Source: Octopus bimaculoides (taxonomy: Eukaryota). Taken from it: a DNA stretch of 64,000 bases. The notes below the pieces were generated by a model. It had not been told where the DNA came from and made no database searches. It saw nothing but the letters and a program-made list of their open reading frames with translations. This document shows, piece after piece, positions 23,372 to 36,599 of this stretch; positions within the stretch are counted from its first letter, which is position 1; every line of letters starts with the position of its first letter. The translations under genes and the position numbers were made by a program. The stretch is taken from NCBI RefSeq assembly GCF_001194135.2, contig NC_068981.1:160097193-160161192 (forward strand), written 5' to 3'.

Positions 23372-24854
23372 GTAAGTTTATACCAATATTTTTATTCAAA
23401 TATTTTGTCGAAATAATTTCAAATTTGATTTACTTTGTTCATTTTTATGAATAATCTTAATAGTACTGTTGAGTCCTCTTAATTGCATAATTTTTGGAAC
23501 CAGAATGTTGGGCATTAAATTTACAGGTTAATTGCCTTTACTAATAGCATCAATTTTGGTTATGATTATTTCAGATATTTAGTGAAAATTGACGACATGT
23601 AGCATAGAATGAGCATGAATGAAGTGATTCTAGAAGCTTCCATTTTCATAAGTTAAAAATGATAGTGGTCTGTATTTTGATTACAAATAACTGATATCAA
23701 AAGAATCAGCAGTATTCAAGTTATTTTTAGTATTTCAATGAATTAAAGACTGTGGAAACTCAGATTCCAATGTAATTTTTAATTTTTAATTGTGTAGCTT
23801 TATATATCTTTGTTGTAGATTAAAATAATAAAAAGTTTTGAATCAAACACTAGACACTATAGACCTTTTCTGTTTGGCTGCACCTGTGGAAATTTTAAAA
23901 TTTGGTTTGTCAGTGTAATTTTCCATGCTAAATCTCAGGGGATAATTCACTTTTTCCAGAAACTTTTTTCCTTTAAGTTACTGAGGTTTAGAGTTTCATC
24001 ATTTTTACCTAGTCAGAAAACAGGATTTGGAAGTTGTCATTTTGTGTGACAGCATGTGTTGTCAACTGTAAACATGCCATAACTTTTAACCCATCATAAT
24101 TTTTTTTTTTTTTTTTTGGAATTTTCAGAAAATTTTTACACAGGAATCCATACAATTATGCAAAAAAAAAAAAAAATTGGTGCATGATTTAAGGTCTATT
24201 TAGCTATTATTTTTAGCATATCTCATGACTACCATTTAATAAGTGAAAAATGACCGCATGAGTATGCATTTTGGTAATAGCTTAGCTAGTTACCATGGAA
24301 ACAGGCACCTATATGTCTGTATTAGCTATATGTATTGGCTAAAATTTTTGAAAATTTGCAAACTTTAGAAGTTATTAACTCTTTATTTATTGATTTATAG
24401 CAAAAATGAATTCCATGTCAATGATTCCCTTACAAACCTTCACCAATATGCCAAATATGAAATCAATTAAAACAAAAATTGAAGAAATTGAAAAGTAGCA
24501 GCCAAAGACAAAGAATCTGACAAATTTTGTTATATGATTTATTTAATGTGTTAGAATTAGTGCAATTAATTTTTCTGTTAATCTGTTTGAAGTTCGTTGT
24601 TATTAATGATCAATTCAAAGTGTATGAAAATCAATGTCTGGCTAAGCTTAGGTAATTAAAGAATAGCAAAGGGAACTGATAAACCTCATATGGGGATAAA
24701 TCAAGCAAGTATAGTGTAATGCATCTTACTAAAAATATTATTTGTACTGGGTGGGACATGAGTAAATTTTGTGTACACAAAGCATACTTTAAATAAAAAA
24801 AAAAGTTTATTCTTACTTAATTATATAATCTCTACATTGATTAAATTATGAATA

Positions 24855-25235
24855 CAGGCATGTGTGATTAAGAAATTTGAATATGAACCACATGGTCTTG
24901 GGTTCAGTCCCACTGCTTGGCAACTTGGGCTGACCTTGTGAGTGGATTTTGTTGATGGAAACTGAAAGAAGCTTGACATATACACACACATGTGTGTGTG
25001 TGTGTATTTGTGTCTCCTAGTCTTGACATTGTGTGAGAGTTATTAACAAGTTATTAACAAGCCATCTCATAAACTGTTGTTCATTTCCAATCTTCCATGC
25101 AAACACATCCAGTTACCTTGTTTGGAAACAAGCAAAGGTTGGTGATAGGCAGGGCATCCAGTCATAGAAAATCTGCCTCAACAAATTCCATTTAACCCAT
25201 ACAAGCATGGAAAAGTAGATATTTAAATGATGATG
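24855..25235 (+). mobile_element. SINE family B head with RTE-like tail
   Basis: ggttcagtcccactg...gggcatccagtcatagaaaatctgcc...agcatggaaaagtagatatttaaatgatgatg. Confidence 0.7.
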
Positions 25236-26623
25236 GTGATGATGAAATGTACATGTATCAAAGCAAAATCTTTACTGCTAATATTGGAAAGGATAAAGAT
25301 CCCCTTTGGTCTTGAATGACCATGGATTGCACCCAGGAAGTTCCCCTCCAAGGCACAAGTCCAGGCAAGGTTGTTTATGGAAGACCAGCATTCACTCATG
25401 CATACCAGCCTCCCCTCTCCATATTCAGTACTTTATCAAATATTGTTATTGAAAATTGGCTGAGGACTAAGCCATGTCCACTGACTAATGTCAGCTCTAG
25501 TTACATCTTACTGATGTTGTTAATTGTTGTAATCCTTTGTCAGACTGTTATAACATCCACTCCGGTATAGTAGTATAGTTAGTTAGACAAGTAAGATATG
25601 ACTATTTATCTGTGACCATCTACCTCCATACTCTTTACTTGACGTCACCTTATTTGTAGTGACTAGCACATACCACTCATCATGTGGGAGGGGTGTTCCA
25701 TTATTGCTATTATTTCCATAACACTAACATATTTCAGAAAACCATAAATATTAAAATTCCTACTTCCTCTATTCAGAATACATTGTTTTATAGCAATCTG
25801 GAGAAAGCTTGTTGAATCAATAATACACTAAGTCATAGCTGAAGAGGTAGCACCGTTATTTAATAATCGTTGTTAGGACCTCCTTGCTGGCACCACTTTT
25901 ACTAAACTACTGATAGCTGCCATAACGATAATTTCATATTAGTAAATCAGTACTAAAGCAAGATAACTTTAGCCATGATTTTATATCTAGTAATTTTGTG
26001 TCTCCAAGTTAGGTGTGCTCATTAAGATACTAGCACTTGAGAAAGTAACTTTCCTAATTTAGAGCCATCTATTTGTTATGGCAGCGCTATCTATTTGTTT
26101 TTTTTAAAGTAGTCATTTTCTGAGAAATTGTTTTAATGACTTAACTATGATAAAATGACTGATTTGATTTAGCAGTCTACCATTTTTGTACTGGAAAGAA
26201 ATGGTAAGTTTCTTAAAAAATGTATATAGACATTTTTGTTTGAGATTCAGATACATTTGTAACCGTATTTTAAATTATAACAAAATAATTATGCTGTATC
26301 TTGTAAAAAAAAAAAAAAAAAGTCACTGTTTTCTTCTGTGAAGAAGCACTGATAATTTTATTCCCCTGAAAGATTAAGAAACCATATGCCATTCTTTACA
26401 CAATGGCAAATAATAGTAAACACTGAGAATTTCTACAATGTTTGCTTGGTGAAATGAGAATCCCTCTTACCTGCAAATACTTCCACTTTTAATATTTAAT
26501 CTCAGGTCCACAACTGTTACATGCTATATGTCAGGCCTAGTATTATTTCACTGTTGTCTTCACTGCAACTCAAAAAATATCTTTCTTTAAAGAGTTAACA
26601 GATTTCTGTAAGTCTGTCATTAG

Positions 26624-26664
<41 letters not shown>

Positions 26665-26709
26665 TCTTTTAGATTTCCATGAGAAATTAAAAGTTTGATA
26701 TTTGGGGTA

Positions 26710-27045
26710 AAAGGGTAGAGGCCTTCTTTGGACATGAATGACCATGAGATTGCACCTGGAAAGTTCCCCTCTGAGGCACAAGTCCAGACAAAAGTTGTTT
26801 GTAGAAGGCCAGCAGTTGTCCATGCATACCAGTCTCCCCTCTCTATACTACCAATGTTGTCCAAGGGAAAGGCAAAGGCTGGTACAGTTTGGCACCAATG
26901 ATGTTGTAACTTATTTCTACAGTTGAGTGAACTGGAGCAATGTGAAATAAAGTGTCTTACTCAAGAACACAACACACTGCCTAGTCTGGGAATCGAACTC
27001 ACAACATTACAATTGTAAACCTAACACTCTAACCATTGAGCTATC
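26710..27045 (-). mobile_element. tRNA-derived SINE (family E), near full length
   Basis: gaatgaccatgagattgcacctggaaagttcccctctgaggcacaag...gggaatcgaactc; partial copies at 25300-25445 and 33900-34080. Confidence 0.7.
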
Positions 27046-27320
27046 ATATTTTGGGTACTTGCCTTTAAATGGAGTGTGGAGAGGAAAAAGAACCTGAAAC
27101 ATTGGGCATTTCACAGTTCATGAAAATCAAACTTGTCAACCATGTACAAAATGTCCTGATTAATTGTTGCCATCAGACACCAACTTCTGTGGATTTACCC
27201 CTTTAATGTATAAGATTTAGTGTTTCACTTTGTATGAATCATTACATTTTTTTACTCTTCTTTTAAGGCTGTCAAAATGTCCTTACAATTAGATTATAAT
27301 TTATTTTTAAACTATTCCAG

Positions 27321-27441
27321 CTCTTCGAATTCCTTGGCTTTGATCAATTTGAGTTAATAGAAAATCTTCTGAAGAATCGCAACAAATACCTCGATGATGC
27401 AATTTTAGTGAACAAGGGACACAAGGCTCTTTCAGTTGCTA
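27321..27441 (+). CDS. ASCC3: ASCC3 coding exon 3
   Basis: ttccag / gtgagt; LFEFLGFDQFELIENLLKNR...; phases 0/1 fit neighbours. Confidence 0.92.
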
Positions 27442-28974
27442 GTGAGTATCTCTTAACTGCTTTTTCATCATCATTTATCACCCACTCTTTCATGCTTGTG
27501 TGGATCAGATAGAATTTATCAAGGCAGATATTCTACAGCCTTTCTTGTTGCTACCAAGTAAGATAATATTTCCCCATGATCAAACATGTTTTTTCATGGA
27601 AGACTAGAAATGAACAACCTTGCTTGTATGATGATGATGATCACTTACAACTATCTTGTGATAAATGGTACTCAGAAGCACACACAAACACATGCACATA
27701 CAGACATATATACACATTTATATATACAATAGGCTTCTTTCACTTTCCAACTTCCAAATCAACTCACAGGACTTTGGTTGTATATATCAACCAACAATAA
27801 ATAACAAATGAATGTATATAAAATACTTATTATATTAAGATAGAAAAATATTATTAAAAATATCAAAATAATAAACATTACATAATCAACCCTACGTCCA
27901 TTATAATATAAGCTAACAGGAATATTATATGCAAAAACCAACTTAACGAATTTTTCGTTTAAAATACAATTTGAACGAAGTTTTAGGTTAAAATAATAAA
28001 GATAGAATTAGCACATATCTAAACGATGCATTCAGTTCTACTTATTTCATATCTTGAGGGTACATCGAGACATGTCATCACTACCGTTTTTACCTCTTTC
28101 CAGCTCTGCCCAATCACTCTCACTCTCTCTTCTAAAATGTGAGTAATCATGTAACAAAAAAAACTATACTGTTCTAGCTCCTTCTTTCATACTTTAACTC
28201 CTCATCTCCTAGCACTCAAAGCCCCACCTTCAGGATTTGTGGTCTTGCAAGCTGCTTGGCAACCTCACATGTTGTAATGTGGTTGATGTTAGAAAGGACA
28301 TCTAGTCATAAAAGCCATACCACAGCAGATATTGGAACATAATGCAGTTCTTGGATCCATCAAATCCTGTCAAACTATTGAACTAATGCCAGCAGAGGTG
28401 TTAAATGAGGATAATGATTCACTCATATACATAAATTTTAAATCAGAATTACAAATTTGGGACCTGTGTTGTCTCCAAGCAAAGTTACTCGAAAGTTTCA
28501 TGCAAGATCAGATTTCCCTAAACCAGGAAAAGAGACCATATAATCATCAGGTACATTTGATTGAAACTGGATCTTCAATTTTGTTTTGGAGATCCAAAAA
28601 TTTGCATCAACTCATCCAGAAAGAGCAAGGACAAAATAAACTACTTCAAGAAAGCCGGAAGATGAAAACCTGAGAAAACAATGAATTTTGAAATAACTTT
28701 ATAATGGGGTCTATTATTAATTTGAAATGGAGTAAAATCGAGAATAGCTTTTCACCAATTTATATGATCTCTGCTTGCTAGCATTTTGATTTCTATCTAT
28801 AGGCTCTATGGGTCTACTTCCTGTGCAATGGAGAGAGCACAATGAGCTTGAGAAGTTTTTTGATATATTCTCTGTATTAATAAGAGGGTAAAATTGCACT
28901 ACTAAATTCTTCTTAGATACTTTTAGTCCTTTTATTTTTTTAATCTTCTATGCCTAGTGTAAATGACATTGGTA

Positions 28975-31625
28975 TAGGCACAGGCATGCTCTGTGGTAAG
29001 AAGCTTGCTTCCCAACCACATGGTTCTGGGTTCAGTACCATTGTGTGGCACTTTGTCTTCTACTATAGCTTCAGGCCAACCAAAGCCTTGTGAGTGGATT
29101 TGGTAAACAGAAACTGAATGAAGCCCATTATGTGTGTGTATGTGTCTTTGTGTTTGTCCCCCATCATTACTTGACATCTAGTTTTGGTGTGTTTACATCC
29201 CTATAACTTAACAGTTCAGCAAAAAAAGATTGATAGAATATGTATCAGGTTTAAAAAAAACTTACTGGGACCAATTCATTTGACTAAAAATTCTTCAAGA
29301 CAGTGCTCCAGCATGGCTGCAGTCTAATGACTGAAACAAGTGAAAGATAAAAGATATGTATTCAGCTAAGAATTTTAGACTTTTATTCAGAACAAATGTT
29401 GTGTGTAGTCCAAATTGCATTTCCTTTCTGTTGCTTGTGAGAGATGCAAAAGCAGTATTTCTGCAGCTATTTTTATAGAGGCAAGTTGTATGCTCTTTGA
29501 AGATGTACTTGGTATGTCATCAACATCAGATGTTATGTATATATTCCAAGTAAGCATGTTATGATAATTTGCATTAAAGCTTGTTTTCCTTTCATATTAG
29601 TGTTGTATGTCATACTGGTTGTATTGGTACATCATTAATATTTCTTGATTGACATATATTTTTATCTATCTCATAACTGAATAAGTTGCAAATATTTCTT
29701 TCCACGTAACTATGTTAAAATTAAGGGTAGATGTAAGTAAAAGAAATAGCAATCTTTGGTCATTCACATCATTTATTTTTATCAACTTCTTTATATGTCC
29801 TTTGTATATGAAGCATGTTCTGTATTCAGTACTTGGTTAATCTGCAAAAAACATTTAATTTCTTTCATAACTCTGCAGGGAAAAGAAATGTAGATGGTCC
29901 TTCTCGACCCATCTATGGATGCCAAGTTACAGTACAGGTATGTTTATTAATGTTTTAATACTTTCAAAAGCCAGTTATATACTTTTACTTAAACTTTTGA
30001 ATTCTATTGAGTTCAGTATTGATACTTTGTGACATTTCTTTTAATCATAACATTAGTTATATTGCCAATCTTATGTCATTTTTGACAGTCTTTGGTGCCC
30101 TTCATATATCATTTTCCTCTCTAGGTATGACTGTGTGGTAAGAAGTTAGCTTCCCAACCACATGATTCCAGGTTTACTCCCACTGCAGGGCACCTTGAGC
30201 AAGTGTCTTCTACTTATAGCCTTGGGCTGACAAAAGGCTTGTGAGTAGATTTGGTAGACAGAAACTGAAAGAAGCAAAAGAGATGGATAGAATAAGTACC
30301 AAGCTTAAAAAAAAGGACTGGGGTTGATTCAGTTGAGTAAAAATTCTTCAAGGTGCAATCTAATGACTGAAACAAGTAAAAGATAACAGATTAAAGATAT
30401 CCATTCTTCATCAAATCCTCCTAGGGTATTCTCAGCTCTCTTCACTCTAACCCTTGAGGTAGCTGTTTAAACTCTATGATCATGGAGACTAGCTTATTGT
30501 AGAATATATTGAACTAAAGAAGATTGGAGTGTGTTAAAAAAAAGAACTTGAATGTGAACATAGCCTGCAATAAAGTGTTGGCTAATAGCAGAAATCATAT
30601 AAACCCAGAAAAGTTACTTTGGTCTGCAGATGCAGACATGACTGCATGGTTAAGAAGTTTGCCTCCCAACCACTTGTTTTAGTTTCAGTCCCACTACATG
30701 GTAACTTGGGCAAATATCTGCTTTAGCTGTGGGCCAACCAAAGCCTTATAAGTGGATTTGGTTGATGGAAACTGAAAGAAGCCCATCATATGTGTGTGTT
30801 CTTATCTTGGCATTGCATGATAGCTGCAAGTGAGTTTCTCTATGTACAGGCACTGTCATATGTTTCCAGTCTTCCAAGAAAACATATCAGGCCAAAGGGA
30901 ATTATTATCTTACTTGGAAATAGGTCAGGATTGATGGCAGGAAGGGTATCCAGCTATAGAAAATCAACAAATGATTGTTAAAATGATGGTGATGATGATA
31001 AAAGAAGTAGGCAAGAAATGAACACTGCATGTATCAGTAGAGAAATGAAAAGAAGTGTATATAAAGAATGCAGACTGACAAAGAAATACACCAGATGCAT
31101 TGATTGACCTAATAACATGAGCTGTGATATACTTTCTGAAAGTAGTAGATAAATTTAACTACCTAAGAGATATTATTGTTACTGAGATCATCATCTTTAT
31201 TTTAACATTTGCTTTTCCATGCTTACATGGACCAAACAGAAGTTTTATGAGGTGGATTTTCTATGGCTGGATGCCTTTCCTGTTGCACCTCCTTCACCTT
31301 TTTCCAAGTAAGGTAATATTTCTCCATGGCCAGGCATGGATGATTGCAAATGAAGGACACTGCTTCTATGACAGTTACACTCATTTTCAACTACCATGCA
31401 ATGTCAAAGTAGAGAGACAGTAACACACATATCCAAATGCACATGCACACATAAATACACAACAAGCTTCTTTCAGTTTCTATCTACCAGATCTACTCAC
31501 AAAGCTTTTGACAGCCTGGGGCTAGGATTATAATCGAAAGCACATTCCTAAAGTGTCACACAGTGGGACTGAACTTGAAACCATGTGGTTGGGAAACATA
31601 CCTCTTACCACACAGCCATTCCTTG
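28975..31625. mobile_element. Cluster of four SINE family B copies (~28975-29355 +, 30123-30395 +, 30625-30995 +, 31190-31625 -) around ASCC3 exon 4
   Basis: Repeated tgtggtaagaag...cccaaccac...gagtggatttggt...aaactgaaagaagc motif. Confidence 0.7.
29879..29937 (+). CDS. ASCC3: ASCC3 coding exon 4
   Basis: ctgcag / gtatgt; 59 nt; RKRNVDGPSRPIYGCQVTVQ. Confidence 0.92.
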
Positions 31626-32655
31626 CAACTTTAGCCATTATATTGGTATGGTGATTAAGTGGAATGGAAGCAGTTTAGGGGGTTTCAGTTTTTGAAGCAA
31701 ACAGTTTTTCACAGAATAAGAGATAAATGATATAAAATAAGTACCAGTTGAACACTGGAGTCGATGTCATCAACTTACCTCATCCACTAAAATGCTGGCC
31801 TTGTGCTAAAATTTGAAACTAATATTGTTGAAGGGTTAAGTTAAAATATGTTAATATAGCTGTGCCTTAAAATGTCCACAGATATATGTGCTAGAGTGAT
31901 GATAGCATTCCCATAGACATGTAGATGAGAATGGATTATATAGTAAGTAAAATGTGCTGTGAGTTGATAATGGTAAGGAATCTTAAAGTAGAGGTTTATG
32001 AGAAAGGATTGTTGGGAAAAATTGTTTATCTCTGATGATATCACGTTGTTTATTTTGAAAAGGTATTGCATTTGATAATCTAAGTTGGGCATAGTATACT
32101 AATAATAACACTGTGTAACATGATTTTTGTCCTTGGGTAACAACTATTATTTCCTATTTGTTTGCCCCTTCAAAGTATGAAAAGTGGCTAATATTCCCTT
32201 GAAACTTTGCTTTTGCTACATTTTATTCAAACCCGAAGTATCCCTCTCAACAATTGGCTATGATACTCCCCCACTACTCTTATTCATGATCAGAGATGCA
32301 TATACTGTCAGCCACTAAGGGACATGCCCAAGTGGTTAAGGTCAAGCAACAGACAAGCAAATCTGTGGTATTGAGCAGAATATTTGCTATAACAATATTT
32401 CTGCTTCAGCAACTCTGCTGAATCTGTTTGAAATGTAATGGAAAGAAAGGTCAGTTTCAAAATATTGATGTCCTGGTTACAAAAGCAAAATTGAAGGGAA
32501 TAGTAGTCATTTCCTTTGATTTTTAGATAGAAGCAAATAGCAAATAACACTTATCAAAGACAAGAAAAATTTTTTTATTTTGTTGCACAGTGTTATTTAT
32601 ATACTGAAGAAAAGGAAATTTCATTTGTTCATTTCATAATCATTAACTTTTATAG

Positions 32656-32780
32656 ACTGAAGAAGAAAAACAACTGATGAAAATGATTCGAAGAGAAGAG
32701 AAAAAAAGTGCTCGAAAAGAATGCATTGGAAACGAAAATAACAGTACAAGCTTTGATCCTTCAGAAATGAGAGCTCAAAG
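32656..32780 (+). CDS. ASCC3: ASCC3 coding exon 5
   Basis: ttatag / gtaggt; TEEEKQLMKMIRREEKK...FDPSEMRAQR; ends in phase 2. Confidence 0.93.
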
Positions 32781-32969
32781 GTAGGTGGCTTTTGAATAAT
32801 ATTTTAAATTTGTTACTTGCAGATTGTCTTTAATTTATTTCTCTTTCTGGTTTTTGAAGTTTTTGCTAAGAAATTAAGGGCTAGAATATTTATTGGATTT
32901 TGATATACTAATGATTTAGTTACTATTTTAGAGTAAAACAAAACATAGGGAAAAGTGATTTTAGTTGTA

Positions 32970-33435
32970 TGACTTTCAGGTGTTTTAACATCCAGTATTA
33001 CTAGGGCATCTCTCTAAACACTATCCCACAGCAAATACAGCAAATAAACAAAACACAATCATTGTGTATGTACAATCAATAATGTTTACATTACTAGACC
33101 ATCTTTTAATTCATAATTTAATTTACTTTTACATGTGCATTGCTGTGGCACATCATCGAGTAATTTTCACACTATTTTGTTTATAGTTATAGACTGGAGA
33201 TTCAGTTCAATCCAAGTGCATGGTATTGATAAGTTACAATAATGGTGAAATATCAACATCTACCACTCCTGGACTTGATCCAAGGTGAATTTTCTCACTT
33301 GGTCTATGTCTTTCAGTTGTTTTAACGCCTAGTGTTATCAGGGAGTGTCCCTAAACACTGTCCCACAACAAATTCAGTGTATTTACAAAACACATACATT
33401 GTGTATGTGTGATTGATAATATTTACATTACTAGA
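32970..33435 (+). repeat. Direct duplication of a ~125-nt two-hairpin unit, period 337 bp
   Basis: 32970-33098 aligns to 33307-33435; both end ...TTTACATTACTAGA. Confidence 0.8.
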
Positions 33436-34609
33436 GCTACTTTGTGTTTGTAATATATATATATATATGTCAGTAAATGGTGGGGTTGTGTTATTTTCCT
33501 TTTATTTTCCAATATATATGTATCCAAAAGCAGGTGGAAAATGCTGAATCCCTCCTAGTAAATTTAGAATTTGTCACTCTCAATAGGCAAACACCCTAAC
33601 AAACATGATGTCTATAGTAACAGTCTATATGTATGTTAAGGCACTTAATTCTTAAAAGGATAGGTTACCCATAATACTTCATCTAGACATGCAACACAAT
33701 ACATAGACTTCTTGCCTTTACTTACCATCTGCTGCTCAGTTTTGTTGCAGAAATTTTAATATTCAAACAAATTCTTGATAATATATATTGGGCACTCAAA
33801 GCCAATACAATTTGTTGGTTTTTATTTTTGATGTGCCATCAAGAATATAGGTTTTTGATCAGTCTAAGTTGACTGATGTCAACTTGAATCTGCACATGTA
33901 TGCACAGGCTTCGGCAAGATTTTATTTTGAGGAAGCAGTTACCTATCTGTGTAAGTCTCTCTTCTCCACAGCATGTATGTTATCCAAGGGAAAGGCCATT
34001 GACTTGCACTGATACAGTTTGGCATGTGTGTCATCACTGGCATTGCTGTCAGATTGCAAACAATTACTGTAGGACATCTTGCTTCGTCTTCTAACAATTC
34101 TGCCAATCCACTGCTTGGTACTCTTTTATTGACCCTGAAAGGATAAAATACAAGGTTGACCTGGGTTGGACTTGAACTCAAGGCATATAGAGAGTCAGGG
34201 TATATGTTGTGGGACATTCACTCCAACACTAATGATTCTACTAGTCTCCTATTTTCAAGAATAATGTAGAAAATGATAGTGGAAAAATCTTAAACAGTTT
34301 AATAGGTATGTCGTTTTTAGCTTTATATGTGTGCATCTAATGTGATATACTAAAACTGGAAGTGGAAAGTAAATTTTTTAAAAGTTAGATATTTAATAGA
34401 ATATTTAAAATGGAATGGAAATAAAAAAAGATAATAATTTAAATCTAAATCAGCAGGAAATGTTCAGTTAATTTTTATCACTCATTATTGAATATTGATT
34501 AAAATTTGAATTTAAACTTTTTTCTCTAGATTTCATATTTAGAAAACAATTGTTTTATCGTTTTCAAATCAATGAGGAATAATAAAAATAATAACAATAA
34601 TAATGGTTT

Positions 34610-35040
34610 CAAATTTTGGCACAGTTCAACTTATTTTAAGGGTAAGGCGTAGTTGATTAGACTAGCCCCAGTGCTCAAATGATACTTATTTTACCAACCC
34701 TGAAAAAATGAAAGGCAAAGTTGACATTGGTGGAATTTTGAACTCAAAACGTAACAAACCAGTAGAAATGGTGCTAAGCATTTTATCCAAGGTGCTGACA
34801 TTTCTGCCAGCTCAGCACTTTAATAATAATAATAATAATAACAATCTTTTCTACTAGAGGCACAATGCCTGAAATTTTGTGGGGACGTATTTAGTCAGTT
34901 ATCTCAACCCCAGTGTTCAACTGGTGCTTATTTTATCAACCCCAAAAGCATGAAAGGCAAAATCAATTTCACCGATACTTGAACTCAGAACATGAAGATG
35001 GATGAAATGGTGCTAACATTTTCCCATCATGCCACCTTGC
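34610..35040 (-). mobile_element. Two tandem SINE family D copies, CpG-decayed
   Basis: Each has ttatttt..caaccc...atgaaaggcaaa..gaactca; separated by (AAT)n. Confidence 0.65.
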
Positions 35041-35270
35041 TACCTTATTTTATAATAACAATGACAACAATGAAATTTAATATAAATCACTTCATGTATT
35101 GACAACGAAAGAAATATGAAAAATCTGAATCAGTGAAGTATATATATTTTTAAAATATATGAAATTGTTTAATGCTCATACAGTTCTGTTTCTATAATGT
35201 TCTATTAAATACCTTCCTTAATGTTTCCTATTTTAACCTTAAACTTATTTAAATTTTGTTTGTTCTTCAG

Positions 35271-35415
35271 AGAAGCAGCTCTATTATATGCTCAGAGTAA
35301 TCAAATATTAACCAAACGATCTGCAACAGTTGGTCAAACCAAAGAAAGCCTTCCATTTGTGTTTGATTCTTTAGCAGAAGCAAGAAAATCATCGGCTTTT
35401 GTTGGGAGTTGTAAA
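35271..35415 (+). CDS. ASCC3: ASCC3 coding exon 6
   Basis: cttcag / gtatgt; EAALLYAQSN...LPFVFDSLAEARKSSAFVGSCK. Confidence 0.92.
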
Positions 35416-35506
35416 GTATGTGGTTTTTCTTTCTATTATTTGCTTGATTTATTGATTTAACCATTTACTTTTCTTTTATTCATTTTTACCTGTTGCTTAT
35501 GAACAG

Positions 35507-35632
35507 ATGTCTCTACCTATTGGATTTGAACGCATTGATAGAAAGATGTTTGAAGAAGTTCATATTCCTGCATCAGAAAAGGCTCCTCTTCACATTGGTA
35601 AAAAACTTGTCAGCATTGATGATTTAGATGAG
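35507..35632 (+). CDS. ASCC3: ASCC3 coding exon 7
   Basis: gaacag / gtaata; follows a 91-nt intron; MSLPIGFER...FEEVHIP...IDDLDE. Confidence 0.93.
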
Positions 35633-35692
35633 GTAATATATCTTTATCAATTCTTTCCTCTTCCAGTATATGTATATATGTGTGTGTGTGTG

Positions 35693-35732
<40 letters not shown>

Positions 35733-36381
35733 NNNNNNNNNNNNNNNNNNNNNNNNNNNNNNNNNNNNNNNNNNNNNNNNNNNNNNNNNNNNNNNNNNNN
35801 NNNNNNNNNNNNNNNNNNNNNNNNNNNNNNNNNNNNNNNNNNNNNNNNNNNNNNNNNNNNNNNNNNNNNNNNNNNNNNNNNNNNNNNNNNNNNNNNNNNN
35901 NNNNNNNNNNNNNNNNNNNNNNNNNNNNNNNNNNNNNNNNNNNNNNNNNNNNNNNNNNNNNNNNNNNNNNNNNNNNNNNNNNNNNNNNNNNNNNNNNNNN
36001 NNNNNNNNNNNNNNNNNNNNNNNNNNNNNNNNNNNNNNNNNNNNNNNNNNNNNNNNNNNNNNNNNNNNNNNNNNNNNNNNNNNNNNNNNNNNNNNNNNNN
36101 NNNNNNNNNNNNNNNNNNNNNNNNNNNNNNNNNNNNNNNNNNNNNNNNNNNNNNNNNNNNNNNNNNNNNNNNNNNNNNNNNNNNNNNNNNNNNNNNNNNN
36201 NNNNNNNNNNNNNNNNNNNNNNNNNNNNNNNNNNNNNNNNNNNNNNNNNNNNNNNNNNNNNNNNNNNNNNNNNNNNNNNNNNNNNNNNNNNNNNNNNNNN
36301 NNNNNNNNNNNNNNNNNNNNNNNNNNNNNNNNNNNNNNNNNNNNNNNNNNNNNNNNNNNNNNNNNNNNNNNNNNNNNNNNN
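35733..36381. other. Assembly gap (N)
   Basis: Run of N after (TA)n; ASCC3 exons 7 and 8 join colinearly. Confidence 1.
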
Positions 36382-36599
36382 CTATATAGCCAAGTCTTAT
36401 ATTCTGTGTATGTTTTGCCTGAACAAACATTAAATATCAGTACAATATTCATAGATTAGGAAAATAAAGTCAGAATATAAAAAAATAATTTGGTACTGTT
36501 TATAATTCAATCTATTCTCTATGTACATTTAATCAAACTTCTGTAGAAAAGGTGTAGGTAGGAACTCTAAAAGATACACCCAGTGTAAGCTTTGGACAC

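Noticed and set aside
28332-28900. 113-aa ORF and adjacent coding-looking sequence in ASCC3 intron 3
   Set aside because: No recognisable motif, no splice support, begins within a repeat fragment, and other frames are full of stops; most likely a degraded TE.
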